The notes below the pieces were generated by a model. That model was not told the DNA's origin. It saw only the letters and a list, made by a program, of their open reading frames with translations, and made no database searches. The position numbers were made by a program, and so were the translations under genes. This document shows, piece by piece, positions 7,882 through 18,885 of a stretch of 64,000 bases of DNA. Origin of the DNA: Candidatus Pacearchaeota archaeon (GTDB taxonomy: Archaea > Nanobdellota > Nanobdellia > Pacearchaeales > GW2011-AR1); NCBI GenBank assembly GCA_016866955.1, contig VGKT01000001.1, positions 130,556 to 194,555 on the forward strand, written 5' to 3'. The number at the start of each line of letters is the position of its first letter. Position 1 is the stretch's first letter.

Positions 7882-10800
7882 TTACATCTGAACTTTTTCT
7901 TATTTATGTGGCTATTAGTGGTCGCATGCTCACCCCTCGAAATTCTTGGGATTTATACACCGACTCTATCAACGTCATCTTCTTTGACGGCCTATGTTGT
8001 CTCGTCTTGCGGATGGCTTCGTTCTTAGATGCTTTCAGAACTTATCCGTACAATGCGTAGCTGCTCGGCCTGCTTCATAACAACCGATACACCAGAGGCA
8101 TCCGACTACCGTTCCTCTCGTACTAGATAGTCGTTCCACTCAGACAACTGCGCGCCTAATAGATATCATACAAACTGTCTCGCGTATATTCTCAACGATT
8201 ATGTATTTTCGTTGTATGGACTATACCTTCATCTTCACATTTTTTGGATAAGTATGTGAAGAGATCAGCGTCTTACCTGTTTACTCCAGGTCTAGATTTT
8301 CATTGGAACTGACGGTTCCTCATCTAAGTCTCTACGGGGTTATACCATTGCTGGTAAACTTCCCTCGGGGTTGCCATCGTATCATTTAGGATACAAAGGG
8401 TCCACCGACACAGAAATGCATCAACATTTCTGTCCTTCCACTCTTGCGAATAGAAAGTATGAGCTGATTATATTTTTCATGCAATCACTTGCATGCAACG
8501 CCGCTGTTTTTGATAGTTGCGATTCGATACGGGTTTTCGTTGCTTTCTTTAACGTTCTTAACCCAGCTAACGATCCCTTTTAATGCGTGAACTCCGACAC
8601 CCTTGGTTGCTTATGCACAACCAGGATAGGAAGAGCCGACAGCGATGTACCAAACCGCGCCGTCAATATGAACTATCGGGCGCGACAAGCCTGTTATCCT
8701 TGAGGTACCTTTTCTGTCACACACAGGTCCTAGTAAAAAACCATGTGGGGTCGCTAAGCCCGACTTTCGTCTCTGCACCCCGTGCTGTGGGGAGTACAGT
8801 CAGGTAAGCTTTTGCCTTCGCACTCAACATTAGATTTCCAACCTAACTGAGCTTACCATATAGGCCCTGCCGATATCTTTTCGGCAGGGTGCCGCCCCAG
8901 CCAAACTGCCCGCCTGTTGGTGTCCCCTCCCAGGTGAGCAACGGTAATCGATATGGGTAGTGTTACATTGATGCCGAAGCTCCTACCTACGCTATGCATA
9001 CCAATTAACGTTACAACAACAAGTTGCAGTAAAGGTCTACAAGGTCTCCGCTTCCCATTAGGCGTCATCGGCATTTTCACCGATCAGTGAGTTCAGAAGG
9101 TTCTGGTTGGGGACAGTGACCACCACGTTAAACCATTCATGCACGTCACCATTCAGATGACAAGGCATTACGCTACCTTAAGAGCCTCATAGATAGGCCC
9201 GCCGTTTGATGGGTCTTAGCTCCCTTGAAAAGGAGTTTGAAACACCACCACTGGGCAGGTCTCACCGATTATACTAGTCCTTTCGGATTTGCAATCGGCT
9301 ACGTTTTTGATAAACAGTCGGGCGGTCCTTGTTATTGCAATCTACAAATGCCTTTTACATATCAAAGACAATCATAGACACCCCTTCTACCGAAGCTACG
9401 GGGCCAAATATGCCGAGTTCCCTCAACCAGGTTACACCTTTCACGTCTTAGCCTTCTCAGCTAGAGCACCAGTGTTAGTTCTCGGTACAGCTAGACAACA
9501 CAAAGGTATTTTCTTTTCATGGGCTCTAGGAGTCCGTGGGTCGCCTGACATTCATTCACTGCGATCGTAGCATTACGCTCCCGCAATTTCAAATGGCACA
9601 TGCCTTTCGGCATGCCACATATCCCTAAGCAAAAAATACCATATAAGCGTTGTTAGTTCCGGAATATTAACCGGATGTCCATCGTCGTACGCAGTTAAGA
9701 TACAACTTAGGGGCTGACTAACCCTTGGTTAAACGATAGTGCCAAGGAAACCTTGCTCTTTCGACGCTTTCCGTTCTCAGGAAAATCAGATCTTACTTCC
9801 GCCAAGATTCTTATTTCGCGCCGCTCCATCGTGTCTCTCGACAGGACTTCTGCGCAGCGCGAACACCTGTATACCAGAATAGTCTTACGACTACCTCCGG
9901 AGTATCGGTGACATGCTTAGCCCCGTCCATCTTCGACGCCTCGAACCTCAATAGGTGAGCTGTTACGCTTTCTTTAAATGATGGCTGCTTCTAAGCCTAC
10001 ATCCCTAGTGTCTCAGGGTCAAGACAATCTTTGTTACACTTAGCATGCACTGAGGGACCTTAACTCCGGTCTCCCTTGTTCGGGTCTTCGAACGGTACCT
10101 TACGCACCGCCCGCCACTCCTCCAGTATGCAGCACGCACGTTCTGAGTTGGAAGAAAACCCCGTACCGAAACCGGTCTGCAGGTTTTATCCGTACTGTAC
10201 CACGCATGCGAAGCACTGGAAGGCTATACTGAGGCATATTTCTACAGGAACAAGCCATCGCCAGATTAGATTGGCTTTTCACCCCTACTCGCAAATCATC
10301 CAAGTGCATGTACACAACACTAGTTCGAACGTCCATTCTCCTTTCGAAGAACTTCCTTCTGCTCACGAGTAAATCATCTGGCTTCGTGTCTCCCGCCGGT
10401 GACTCACGCCCTTTCGGACTCGCTTTCGCTTCGACTTCATTCATTAATCTTGCCACGAGCGTGAACTCCTTGGCTCATTTTTCAACACGCACGTTACGAC
10501 AGATGTACTGCCGTAACCAGCTGTAACTACGAGATTTCAAGTCTTTTAACCCTCGATTAAGAGTACTTTTCAGCTTTCCCTTACGGTACTGTTCGCTATC
10601 GGACTTGGATCAATATTTAGGGTTGGCGATTACTCTCGCCGTATTCGGACCTCCAATCTAGGGGGCCCTACTCTTTTAGAGCTCGACATACCGATTTCGT
10701 TTACGAGACTTTCACTCTCTACAGTGCTTCATTCCAGAAGACTTCAACTCATCGGCGCAGTCTCCTGCTCCACCACATCTCTGCCGTCGTTTCCAACGGA

Positions 10801-11088
10801 GATTCAGTTTGCCCTCTTCCCTGTTCGCTCGCTGCTACTAAGGGAATCACGTTATGTTTTCTTTTCCTACCGGTACTAAGATGTTTCAATTCCCGGCGTG
10901 CGCATGCTTCTCAGCATGTATGCGTTTTCGCATTCGGAAATCCTGGGCTCAATGCCTGCATGCGGCTCCCCCAGGCTTATCGCAGCTTGCCGCGTCCTTC
11001 ATCGCAATCCAAACCAAGCTATCCTTCTCAATAGTATGTAGTAAGTGAGCTCTCTCATGATAGAGAGATCTCTGATTCTGATGTAACC
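7882..11088 (-). rRNA. rrl: 23S rRNA (interrupted by a 367-nt insertion; about 2,840 nt without it)
   Basis: Minus-strand landmarks include GGUUACAUCAG...GCGAUGAAGGACGCGG at the 5' end, GGAUAACAGGCU and GAGCUGGGUUAAGAACGU. The sarcin-ricin loop AGUACGAGAGGAACGG lies at 8109-8124 and CUGAAAGCAUCUAAG at 8024-8038. The 5'/3' end helix pairs 7882-7890 with 11080-11088. Ends are accurate to about 10 nt. Confidence 0.9.
8185..8551 (-). other. insertion in 23S helix 93 after U2593 (E. coli numbering): candidate ORF-less group I-like intron
   Basis: The flanks AGAACGU | CGCGAGACAGUUUGU rejoin to the conserved H93 sequence. The insert contains GUAGAGACUUAGA and AAGGUAUAGUCC, which resemble group I R and S elements, plus several hairpins. 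Confidence 0.6.
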
Positions 11089-11122
11089 TTCTTTTCTCAC
11101 AATTATTATATTATGGGAAACA

Positions 11123-11146
11123 GATTCTTGCCTTCCTCCGTGCTTC
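11123..11146 (-). other. 5' half of the 23S pre-rRNA processing stem
   Basis: Perfect 24-nt complement of 7855-7878. Confidence 0.75.
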
Positions 11147-11287
11147 ATTGACTATGCTCTGCCAGATACGCAACAGAGTTGCGCACCCTTCAGGTTGATT
11201 GCTCAACCCTAATGTTTATCGTCGTCCCCGACGGCACTTTTAAGGTCTTTTCGTGACCTTCACTTGTGGTGAATATGAGGTGTGATG

Positions 11288-11485
11288 TTACCGATAGCTA
11301 ATCCGGTAATTCCTTGGATCCCAGCTGCTTGCAGTAACGTGAATAATGCGTGCACCTACCTCTGAAAGGGTTTGATGTGCGATGCGTAATGCATCATGCA
11401 TCGCCCATTGATCAAGACGGCCTTTTTCAGACACTACTCGATTGGTTCCTTTCTGTCGTATGGTGACGGTATATTCTTCTGTCAT
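11288..11485 (-). CDS. candidate 65-aa ORF inside the tRNA(Ala)-23S spacer (uncertain)
   Basis: MTEEYTVTIRQKGTNRVVSEKGRLDQWAMHDALRIAHQTLSEVGARIIHVTASSWDPRNYRISYR has a non-repetitive, balanced composition. There is no TATA box of its own, and it could be spurious. Confidence 0.3.
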   Translation of the reverse strand: MTEEYTVTIRQKGTNRVVSEKGRLDQWAMHDALRIAHQTLSEVGARIIHVTASSWDPRNYRISYR

Positions 11486-11565
11486 GTTGTTGTGTGATAA
11501 CGAATCTACTCGAAGAGTAGATCCGGAAGTTTCGATTCTGAGAAGTCTGTTTCTCTTGCGAGAAA

Positions 11566-11636
11566 TGGACCCACCGAGAATCGAACTCGGAGCCCCTGAT
11601 TGCAAATCAGGTGTTTTACCATTAGACTATGGGCCC
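11566..11636 (-). tRNA. tRNA-Ala (UGC) in the 16S-23S spacer
   Basis: GGGCCCAUAGUCUAAUGGUAAAACACCUGAUUUGCAAUCAGGGGCUCCGAGUUCGAUUCUCGGUGGGUCCA. The acceptor stem has the G3:U70 alanine identity pair, the anticodon loop is UUUGCAA, and the T arm is CCGAG-UUCGAUU-CUCGG. The D stem has one mismatch. Confidence 0.9.
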
Positions 11637-11724
11637 ATTAAAGGAAAAAATTCCTTAACGAACTTTTGTCTAAACGGTATTTAAGATTGCCGGTGGCAAT
11701 CATTACTTTGATACCATTCATGAA

Positions 11725-11742
11725 GTAGATGAGCGATCTATA
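11725..11742 (-). other. 3' half of the 16S pre-rRNA processing stem
   Basis: gtagatgagcgatctata is the reverse complement of 13378-13395. Confidence 0.7.
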
Positions 11743-11801
11743 CGTCGCGATGATGACCTGTGAAACCTAAAGCCTGTCACATGATTATAATTTTTTAATT
11801 T

Positions 11802-13248
<1,447 letters not shown>

Positions 13249-13377
13249 ATCATTATGAATAATGATTTGTTACAATGCAATTGAATGCATGGAGAAAAAT
13301 TGTAACGTTCACTCGTCCTCCATTCTGGACGGCTTTGGTTGTGTCAACATCATTTGTTATAAATATTTTATAAGAAG

Positions 13378-13395
13378 TATAGATCGCTCATCTAC
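13378..13395 (-). other. 5' half of the 16S pre-rRNA processing stem
   Basis: Complement of 11725-11742; the duplex extends to about 19 bp. Confidence 0.7.
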
Positions 13396-13499
13396 ATCAT
13401 ACCGTTACCGAGCGTACGTTGCGTTGGTAAAAACCGCAACGAAATTGGTAAGGCACTCATGAATGTTACCATTGTAAGTAGATTGAAGCTGTGAGGGGG

Positions 13500-13513
13500 C
13501 TATATAAAGGTTT
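13500..13513 (-). promoter_or_regulatory. candidate rRNA operon promoter (BRE/TATA)
   Basis: The minus strand reads AAACCTTTATATAG about 105 nt upstream of the 16S processing stem. It matches the box seen upstream of other genes here. Confidence 0.45.
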
Positions 13514-13545
13514 CGTCGGAGAATTAAGATTTTATCGACGAGGAA

Positions 13546-14112
13546 TTAACTCTTGTAGGAAAGGTTACGATACTTCATATCGACTGATTTTCCATCGTGC
13601 AGTAATTCTTTAATGCGCGCTTGTCCCGACGAGTCAATTTTGACTCTTACTTGTAGATTTGAGGTATCAAATTGCGCACCCTTCTCAAAGAAATATTGCT
13701 CAATGCCGTAGTCGATACTAGCTTGATTGCCTGCAACTCGTTTAACAATCCCTTTGATAAACAAACCAGATGTTGGTTTTTCACTCGATACTTTCGTCAA
13801 ACGAGCAATTCCTTCTGCATCATCTTTAAGTGATACATATACTTTGTCTCCTTCTTTTAAAGTAATGGGGCTCGCCCTATCAGCAGTTGAACTTTTTGGA
13901 GGACTAAATTCTATAACTGGGGGAATTGTTCCAATTTCATATCGAATTATAATATACTGTCCGCGAAGTGGATCAAACGGGTCAATGGGTTGTGTTGCGA
14001 GTGTTGCTTCTGCACCTGTAAGCAAAGGTAAACCAAGGTACAAACCAAACACGGCAAGTATTCCAAGCAATATTCCTAATCCTATGATGAGCTTTGTATA
14101 TGCTGGATTCAT
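13546..14112 (-). CDS. GDYXXLXY-domain membrane-anchored protein
   Basis: 188 aa with an N-terminal TM helix. DPFDPLRGQYIIIRYEI contains the name-giving G-[DQ]-Y-x-x-[LI]-x-Y motif. It overlaps the stop of the upstream DUF2157-like gene by 1 nt. Confidence 0.6.
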   Translation of the reverse strand: MNPAYTKLIIGLGILLGILAVFGLYLGLPLLTGAEATLATQPIDPFDPLRGQYIIIRYEIGTIPPVIEFSPPKSSTADRASPITLKEGDKVYVSLKDDAEGIARLTKVSSEKPTSGLFIKGIVKRVAGNQASIDYGIEQYFFEKGAQFDTSNLQVRVKIDSSGQARIKELLHDGKSVDMKYRNLSYKS

Positions 14113-15572
14113 TATTTCTTTCCTGTTTGTGCAAGAAGGGATTTACGCCACTTTTCCAAGAGCCATCCACCGAGTAAGAGAATAACCCCTCCCAATATGA
14201 ATATAAGAGACATGCCCAGATATCCCCTTAGATCCATAATGAATCCAATATATCTTGTAATGATATCCAGTGCGAAGAAACTGATGCCAAGATTTACCAA
14301 TGCTGGATTATTGAAACGTGTTCCATGTCCTAACGTGAGTAAAATCATACCGAGAAGCACGAGGTTGCCTACGATCCAGACAAACCACCCTGTTCCTGAA
14401 AGTTCTCTTCCCCCCCAATAATCGGGAGACCAACGACATTCATTACGTATGGTACAAGATGTTCGATCATTATCATACTTTTCGCATTGATTCACTCGTT
14501 GGATAGGTTGGCTTACTGATGTTGAGGAACAATAGCCATTCGTATCGCTCGTTGCGTCTTCCGCTCCGCCATATCCTTGCCACGTACACGTAAGTTTTGT
14601 GGGTGCGGTGGTGCACTCACTTTTGTTATGGAAGATATAACAAGAAAGTTCTTGACATTGAGTATCTTTCATCGTGCAATGATCTGCGGCTGCAGCACAT
14701 TGTGCGGTAGTGAATTCATAACAGCTTTTTTCACTACATTGTCCTTGTGTTCCGGTGAGAAGAGCAGTCATGAGAATAAATACTCCTAATGCTACGAAAA
14801 TACCCAACGCGCTGAGTAATTCTCGATTATCAATTGCGTTCTTTTTTGTTGTTCCGATAACTCCTGCTGCCACCGTTCCCAACATGCCAAGAGAAAGGAT
14901 GATAAGAAGCACCCCTTGACCTGTTCCCAAGGTAAACCCAAATGCCCAAAGCATTGGTTGAAGTGTTTGAAAGCTCAGAATATATGAAAATGTAAGCAGA
15001 TAGGCAAACGTCCACCACTTGTAGATGTTTGCAAACGCATGATCGCGAGTGCGATGGACTAATGAAAGTCCATAGAGTAATCCCCCCATGAGAAGATAGA
15101 GCAAAGCTAGATACCCTGGAGAAAATTGGAAGTTTGTTGAGTCTTGAAAAGCGATAAACTGATTGAACAACCATGTGCCAACTTCAGTTAAGCCTAAGAT
15201 CAGACTTGCAGGTGAAGCAAACATATATGCGGCAACGAGGACTCCGACGAAAGAAATCAATTGTAAATTCGCCATTCCTTGAATCGATGCATCTGTGGCA
15301 AAAATTTGTGCAATCAAAAAGACGCTTAAAGTGAACAATGCACTTCCTAGCAGAATAATGGCTCCACCAACTTTTGGATACTCATGTTCACGAAGTACCA
15401 CTCCCCCGACATAAGTGCCTGCGGTAAGTCCGACTAAAATGAAAATTTTAAGGAAGGAGGGAATAGCATGCCAGTTCCATGCAAGTAACCAGGCAATACC
15501 TATTGCAATGAGTACTGCTCCGATAACTGCAATTAATTGACTAAACGATGTTTCACCTCGTTGAGAACGCAT
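14112..15572 (-). CDS. DUF2157-like polytopic membrane protein with a Cys-rich extracytoplasmic insert
   Basis: 486 aa. The N-terminal IAWLLAWNWHAIPSFLKIF resembles the DUF2157 AANW motif, with about 10 TM segments. The ~110-aa insert CSEKSCYEFTTAQC...CTIRNECRW carries 16 Cys. Confidence 0.55.
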   Translation of the reverse strand: MRSQRGETSFSQLIAVIGAVLIAIGIAWLLAWNWHAIPSFLKIFILVGLTAGTYVGGVVLREHEYPKVGGAIILLGSALFTLSVFLIAQIFATDASIQGMANLQLISFVGVLVAAYMFASPASLILGLTEVGTWLFNQFIAFQDSTNFQFSPGYLALLYLLMGGLLYGLSLVHRTRDHAFANIYKWWTFAYLLTFSYILSFQTLQPMLWAFGFTLGTGQGVLLIILSLGMLGTVAAGVIGTTKKNAIDNRELLSALGIFVALGVFILMTALLTGTQGQCSEKSCYEFTTAQCAAAADHCTMKDTQCQELSCYIFHNKSECTTAPTKLTCTWQGYGGAEDATSDTNGYCSSTSVSQPIQRVNQCEKYDNDRTSCTIRNECRWSPDYWGGRELSGTGWFVWIVGNLVLLGMILLTLGHGTRFNNPALVNLGISFFALDIITRYIGFIMDLRGYLGMSLIFILGGVILLLGGWLLEKWRKSLLAQTGKK

Positions 15573-15603
15573 TATTGATTTGAGAGAAAGGAGTATTTAA
15601 GGC

Positions 15604-16392
15604 TTACTTCGGAGGAGTCAAGGATTCCCAGTTTTCAATAAAGTCTTGGATTTTTACTTCAGTTTTGATTTTATTTGTTTCACAATACTGTTTTGCCATT
15701 AAATAAAGCATCATACCAAGGGATTTCGCTGATTTGTTATTCCCTGGAAGAATGGTAGTAATACCTTGTGTGAAATTATTGGTATCACAAATAGAAAGAA
15801 CTGGAACGTGTACGCGACGTGCATCTTCTAATGCATTTTTGTCTAACCAAGGATCAGCGATAACGACAAGTTTTGTTTCAAAGAAATTTTCAAGATTTGT
15901 ATTAGTGAGAATACCTGCAGGATATTTTTTAGTGAAGATGCGAATACCGGTGATTTCTGCAAATTTCTGTGCTGCTTTCCATCCAGCTTCTCGTTTACAA
16001 ACAAAAATAATATCTTCCGCTTTAAATTGTGTAAAATATGCAAGAGCTTCACGGATTTTTTGGTCGAGCAAAGCAGTATTGAATACAGCTAATCCATCAG
16101 CACGACGGCGATAGACAAATTCACGCATGTCTGGAGTAATAACTCGTGTCCCTAAGTGAATAGATGCTTTGAGATAATCATCCATTGGCACAAGCGTATT
16201 TTCTGCAACTTCTTCTTCATCCTTTACTTTTTTCTTTAAATCTACATTTTTAACATCTTCAACTGCACTTTCAAGTTTCTTTGCTTTTGCCAATAATGTT
16301 GCAAGTTTTGCTTTCTTTTCTGCAGGAGTAAGGGTTGCTGGCGCTTGCTCAGTAGGAGTTTCAGGTGCATCAGTTTTCTTTGCTTTTGCCAT
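15604..16392 (-). CDS. rps2: ribosomal protein uS2 with ~70-aa K/A/E-rich N-terminal extension
   Basis: The core reads YLKASIHLGTRVITPDM...DGLAVFNTALL...VVIADPWLDKNALEDARRVHVPVLSICDTNN. I chose the ATG at 16392 (MAKAKK); the track start at 16503 is a TTG. Confidence 0.85.
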   Translation of the reverse strand: MAKAKKTDAPETPTEQAPATLTPAEKKAKLATLLAKAKKLESAVEDVKNVDLKKKVKDEEEVAENTLVPMDDYLKASIHLGTRVITPDMREFVYRRRADGLAVFNTALLDQKIREALAYFTQFKAEDIIFVCKREAGWKAAQKFAEITGIRIFTKKYPAGILTNTNLENFFETKLVVIADPWLDKNALEDARRVHVPVLSICDTNNFTQGITTILPGNNKSAKSLGMMLYLMAKQYCETNKIKTEVKIQDFIENWESLTPPK

Positions 16393-16487
16393 TGTAAATG
16401 TGTGTATAAGTAGCGCAGGAGTTGGTCCCAATTGTTGCAGTGGGTACCTGCTAATACGCAATCGTTCAGAAGGAGCGGTATTTAAAG

Positions 16488-18842
16488 TTATTGTATAGGG
16501 CAAGCCACTTCAATGGTCTTACCTTGTAAGGAAAATGCATCTGGAATGATTGTTTCACCTTCTTGTGTTCGTACTTCTTGTGTTGCTTCACTTCCTACTC
16601 GAATGGTAATTGGTACGTTGGAAAGTCTCTCTCCTGCTTCGTTTATGATTTTCACTAAGAATGGTTGTGCAACAACGCGAGGGGCTGCTGAAATATAGAC
16701 TTCTTGTAAAGTACCGAATGGACGAGCACTTGCATGTTCAATAATTCTGACATATCTTCCCACTACGGTTGTGGGGAAGGGAACTCCGACATAACGATCA
16801 CTTTCAAGATTATAGTTTTTAACAAGCGTGTCCCAGATTTTACCATCTGTTGAAACTTGTATTTCAATAAGTAAAGGCGTTTCTGCTTGTGCTACATACA
16901 TATCTAACCGATTCATACAAATTTCTTGATTGAAATCAGCAGTAATTATTTTTGGAAAAGGAGCATCGGGATTGCCATACCATCCTGATGAAAGATTGTT
17001 ATCTACGGCTAGCTGTGCAACGTATGGTCTTCGAGTATCAGAGGCATATATTTCAGGAGGGGAAACAAGCTGAAATTCTCCACAGGCTTGTTGTTGTATT
17101 TTTCGATTTGCTAATTTACTAAGCGTGTCACGTACTTGAACTACTTCAAATACCAATTCGGGAACAACTTCTCGTTCGAAAGTAGGAAGTGTAATAGTAC
17201 CGTTGGTCACGTTGGTCGAATTGGTGACATTTTTGGGACGTTTTTCTTCTTCTTTAGGAGGGGTGGGAGGGGCAGGATCTTCAGGAGCAGGATCTGCTTC
17301 TCCGCACACAAGCTTTGTATTTCTAATCATGTTTTTACCTCCATGAGTCCAGGCCCCCAAGGTAAGCTCTAAATCTTCCATACCCCACGTAGGTAATTGA
17401 TACTCTACTGCTTGTCCATTCACTTCCCAAAATAGTTCATCATAATTCCTTCTGAAATGAAACGGTACCCAGGTATTTGGAAGATAATTTGTTGTAACAT
17501 ACTCTTCCCCTGAAAGAAGAGGAAAACCATACGCAAATCCACCGTCTGCGAGTGTTGCCGAATTTTTCGAGACCGCTGTTTGAGGCGTATCTGATTCTTG
17601 ATTTGCAGTGCGCATTCTATACCCTTCTCCTCCCTTCACTAAGAATAAGAAAAGGTCCATGTAATTTGCCCCTTCAGGAACTGCCTTATATTCCCCAGTG
17701 AGTTCAAGCACTTTATCTGAACAAGAACAAGAAGGACTATAACTGTAGCCCCCGGGCACTTCGAATTCTTCATTTTGTGCTCCGGTTACAGAACATTCAG
17801 TTTGACTTAATTTTTTAAATGAGAGTTCAGGGTCTCCAAAAATCACATTCCCAGTAACACTCAGAAGATGCGAAAAGAACGAGAAACGAGGAGAAACAAA
17901 AGTAACGGTAGGAGTTACTGAGAGGGGAGTTTCAGTAAAAAAAGTTCCCGCAGTAGTAGGACAGGTAACCTGGACTTCAGTCATGGTTTCTTTGGGAGCA
18001 ACGAGCGTTGCTTTTCCATACTGATCTGTTTGATAGGGAGTTGCTTCACCATTAAACGTAAATGAAGCATAAGGAACAACACTTCCTGATGCCCCCGCAA
18101 CAACCGTGAGTTGCGTTAACTGTAAATCTGGAACTTCTGCCGTACTGATGACAATTTCGGATAATTGTCCATAGGCACGGGAAGTACTTGTTTGCGTAAG
18201 ACGAAGATAACGTGCATAAAGCGGATTGAATGAAATATCTTTCTTTTGCTCGGTAATGATTGTTGGAGGAAGTATTTCTTTCCAAACTGCACCGTCAATT
18301 GAAGCTTCAAGAGAAGCAGTAAGGGGAATGTCTTTGATGAAGAAGAAAAGTGTTGCAAAGTCCATGCATTTTCCTTCGCCATTATCAATAAGCAATTGAG
18401 GAGTGGTGCTGCCTGGTTGCCCGAACCAATGTGTCTCTCGTTGTTGATCAACTGCATTTGTTGCAGGATATGCTTGTAACGCAGGAGCTGAAGCGGTTAA
18501 TGGCGTTTCAAACCCATACTCTCCGCAATAGGAAAGAGCAATGGTATTTTGTAATTGGACCAGTTTTCGTTCTCCTTGAACGCATGCTCCTTCTGAACAG
18601 ATGCCTTCGCAGGTATGTTCTGTTGCAACCGGTTCAGTACCTTCGCACGTATACTCTTTGAGTAAAGTGGGCGAAAGACAGACATCAGCATAAAATTCTC
18701 TTCCAAGAGTGCCTGCTTGTTTTACTTCTAATGCTCCCCGTACGGTGGGAAGTCCTCTGGGTTCATTATCAGTACAAGAAAGAGAAGCTGAAACAAAGGG
18801 AATTACTAGAAACAACAATAGAAATAATACTCTTTTTAGCAT
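16488..18842 (-). CDS. secreted surface protein with two discoidin (F5/8 type C)-like domains
   Basis: 784 aa with signal peptide MLKRVLFLLLFLVIPFVSAS. The two domains are NAVDQQRETHWFG...LEASIDGAVWKEI...ARYLRLTQ and AVDNNLSSGWYG...IQVSTDGKIWDTL...GRYVRIIE. It also has a P-rich linker and N-x-T sites. Confidence 0.6.
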   Translation of the reverse strand: MLKRVLFLLLFLVIPFVSASLSCTDNEPRGLPTVRGALEVKQAGTLGREFYADVCLSPTLLKEYTCEGTEPVATEHTCEGICSEGACVQGERKLVQLQNTIALSYCGEYGFETPLTASAPALQAYPATNAVDQQRETHWFGQPGSTTPQLLIDNGEGKCMDFATLFFFIKDIPLTASLEASIDGAVWKEILPPTIITEQKKDISFNPLYARYLRLTQTSTSRAYGQLSEIVISTAEVPDLQLTQLTVVAGASGSVVPYASFTFNGEATPYQTDQYGKATLVAPKETMTEVQVTCPTTAGTFFTETPLSVTPTVTFVSPRFSFFSHLLSVTGNVIFGDPELSFKKLSQTECSVTGAQNEEFEVPGGYSYSPSCSCSDKVLELTGEYKAVPEGANYMDLFLFLVKGGEGYRMRTANQESDTPQTAVSKNSATLADGGFAYGFPLLSGEEYVTTNYLPNTWVPFHFRRNYDELFWEVNGQAVEYQLPTWGMEDLELTLGAWTHGGKNMIRNTKLVCGEADPAPEDPAPPTPPKEEEKRPKNVTNSTNVTNGTITLPTFEREVVPELVFEVVQVRDTLSKLANRKIQQQACGEFQLVSPPEIYASDTRRPYVAQLAVDNNLSSGWYGNPDAPFPKIITADFNQEICMNRLDMYVAQAETPLLIEIQVSTDGKIWDTLVKNYNLESDRYVGVPFPTTVVGRYVRIIEHASARPFGTLQEVYISAAPRVVAQPFLVKIINEAGERLSNVPITIRVGSEATQEVRTQEGETIIPDAFSLQGKTIEVACPIQ

Positions 18843-18885
18843 ACAAAACGATGAGAAAAGAAGTATATAAAGTTAGAGTGGATAA

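Noticed and set aside
8185-8551. The 23S insertion interpreted as a classical archaeal bulge-helix-bulge intron.
   Set aside because: I could not build a 3-4-3 BHB from the junction sequences: the exon CGCG has no 4-nt complement at the 5' end of the insert. The R/S-like elements and the U2593 site fit a group I ancestry better. The question is left open in the finding.
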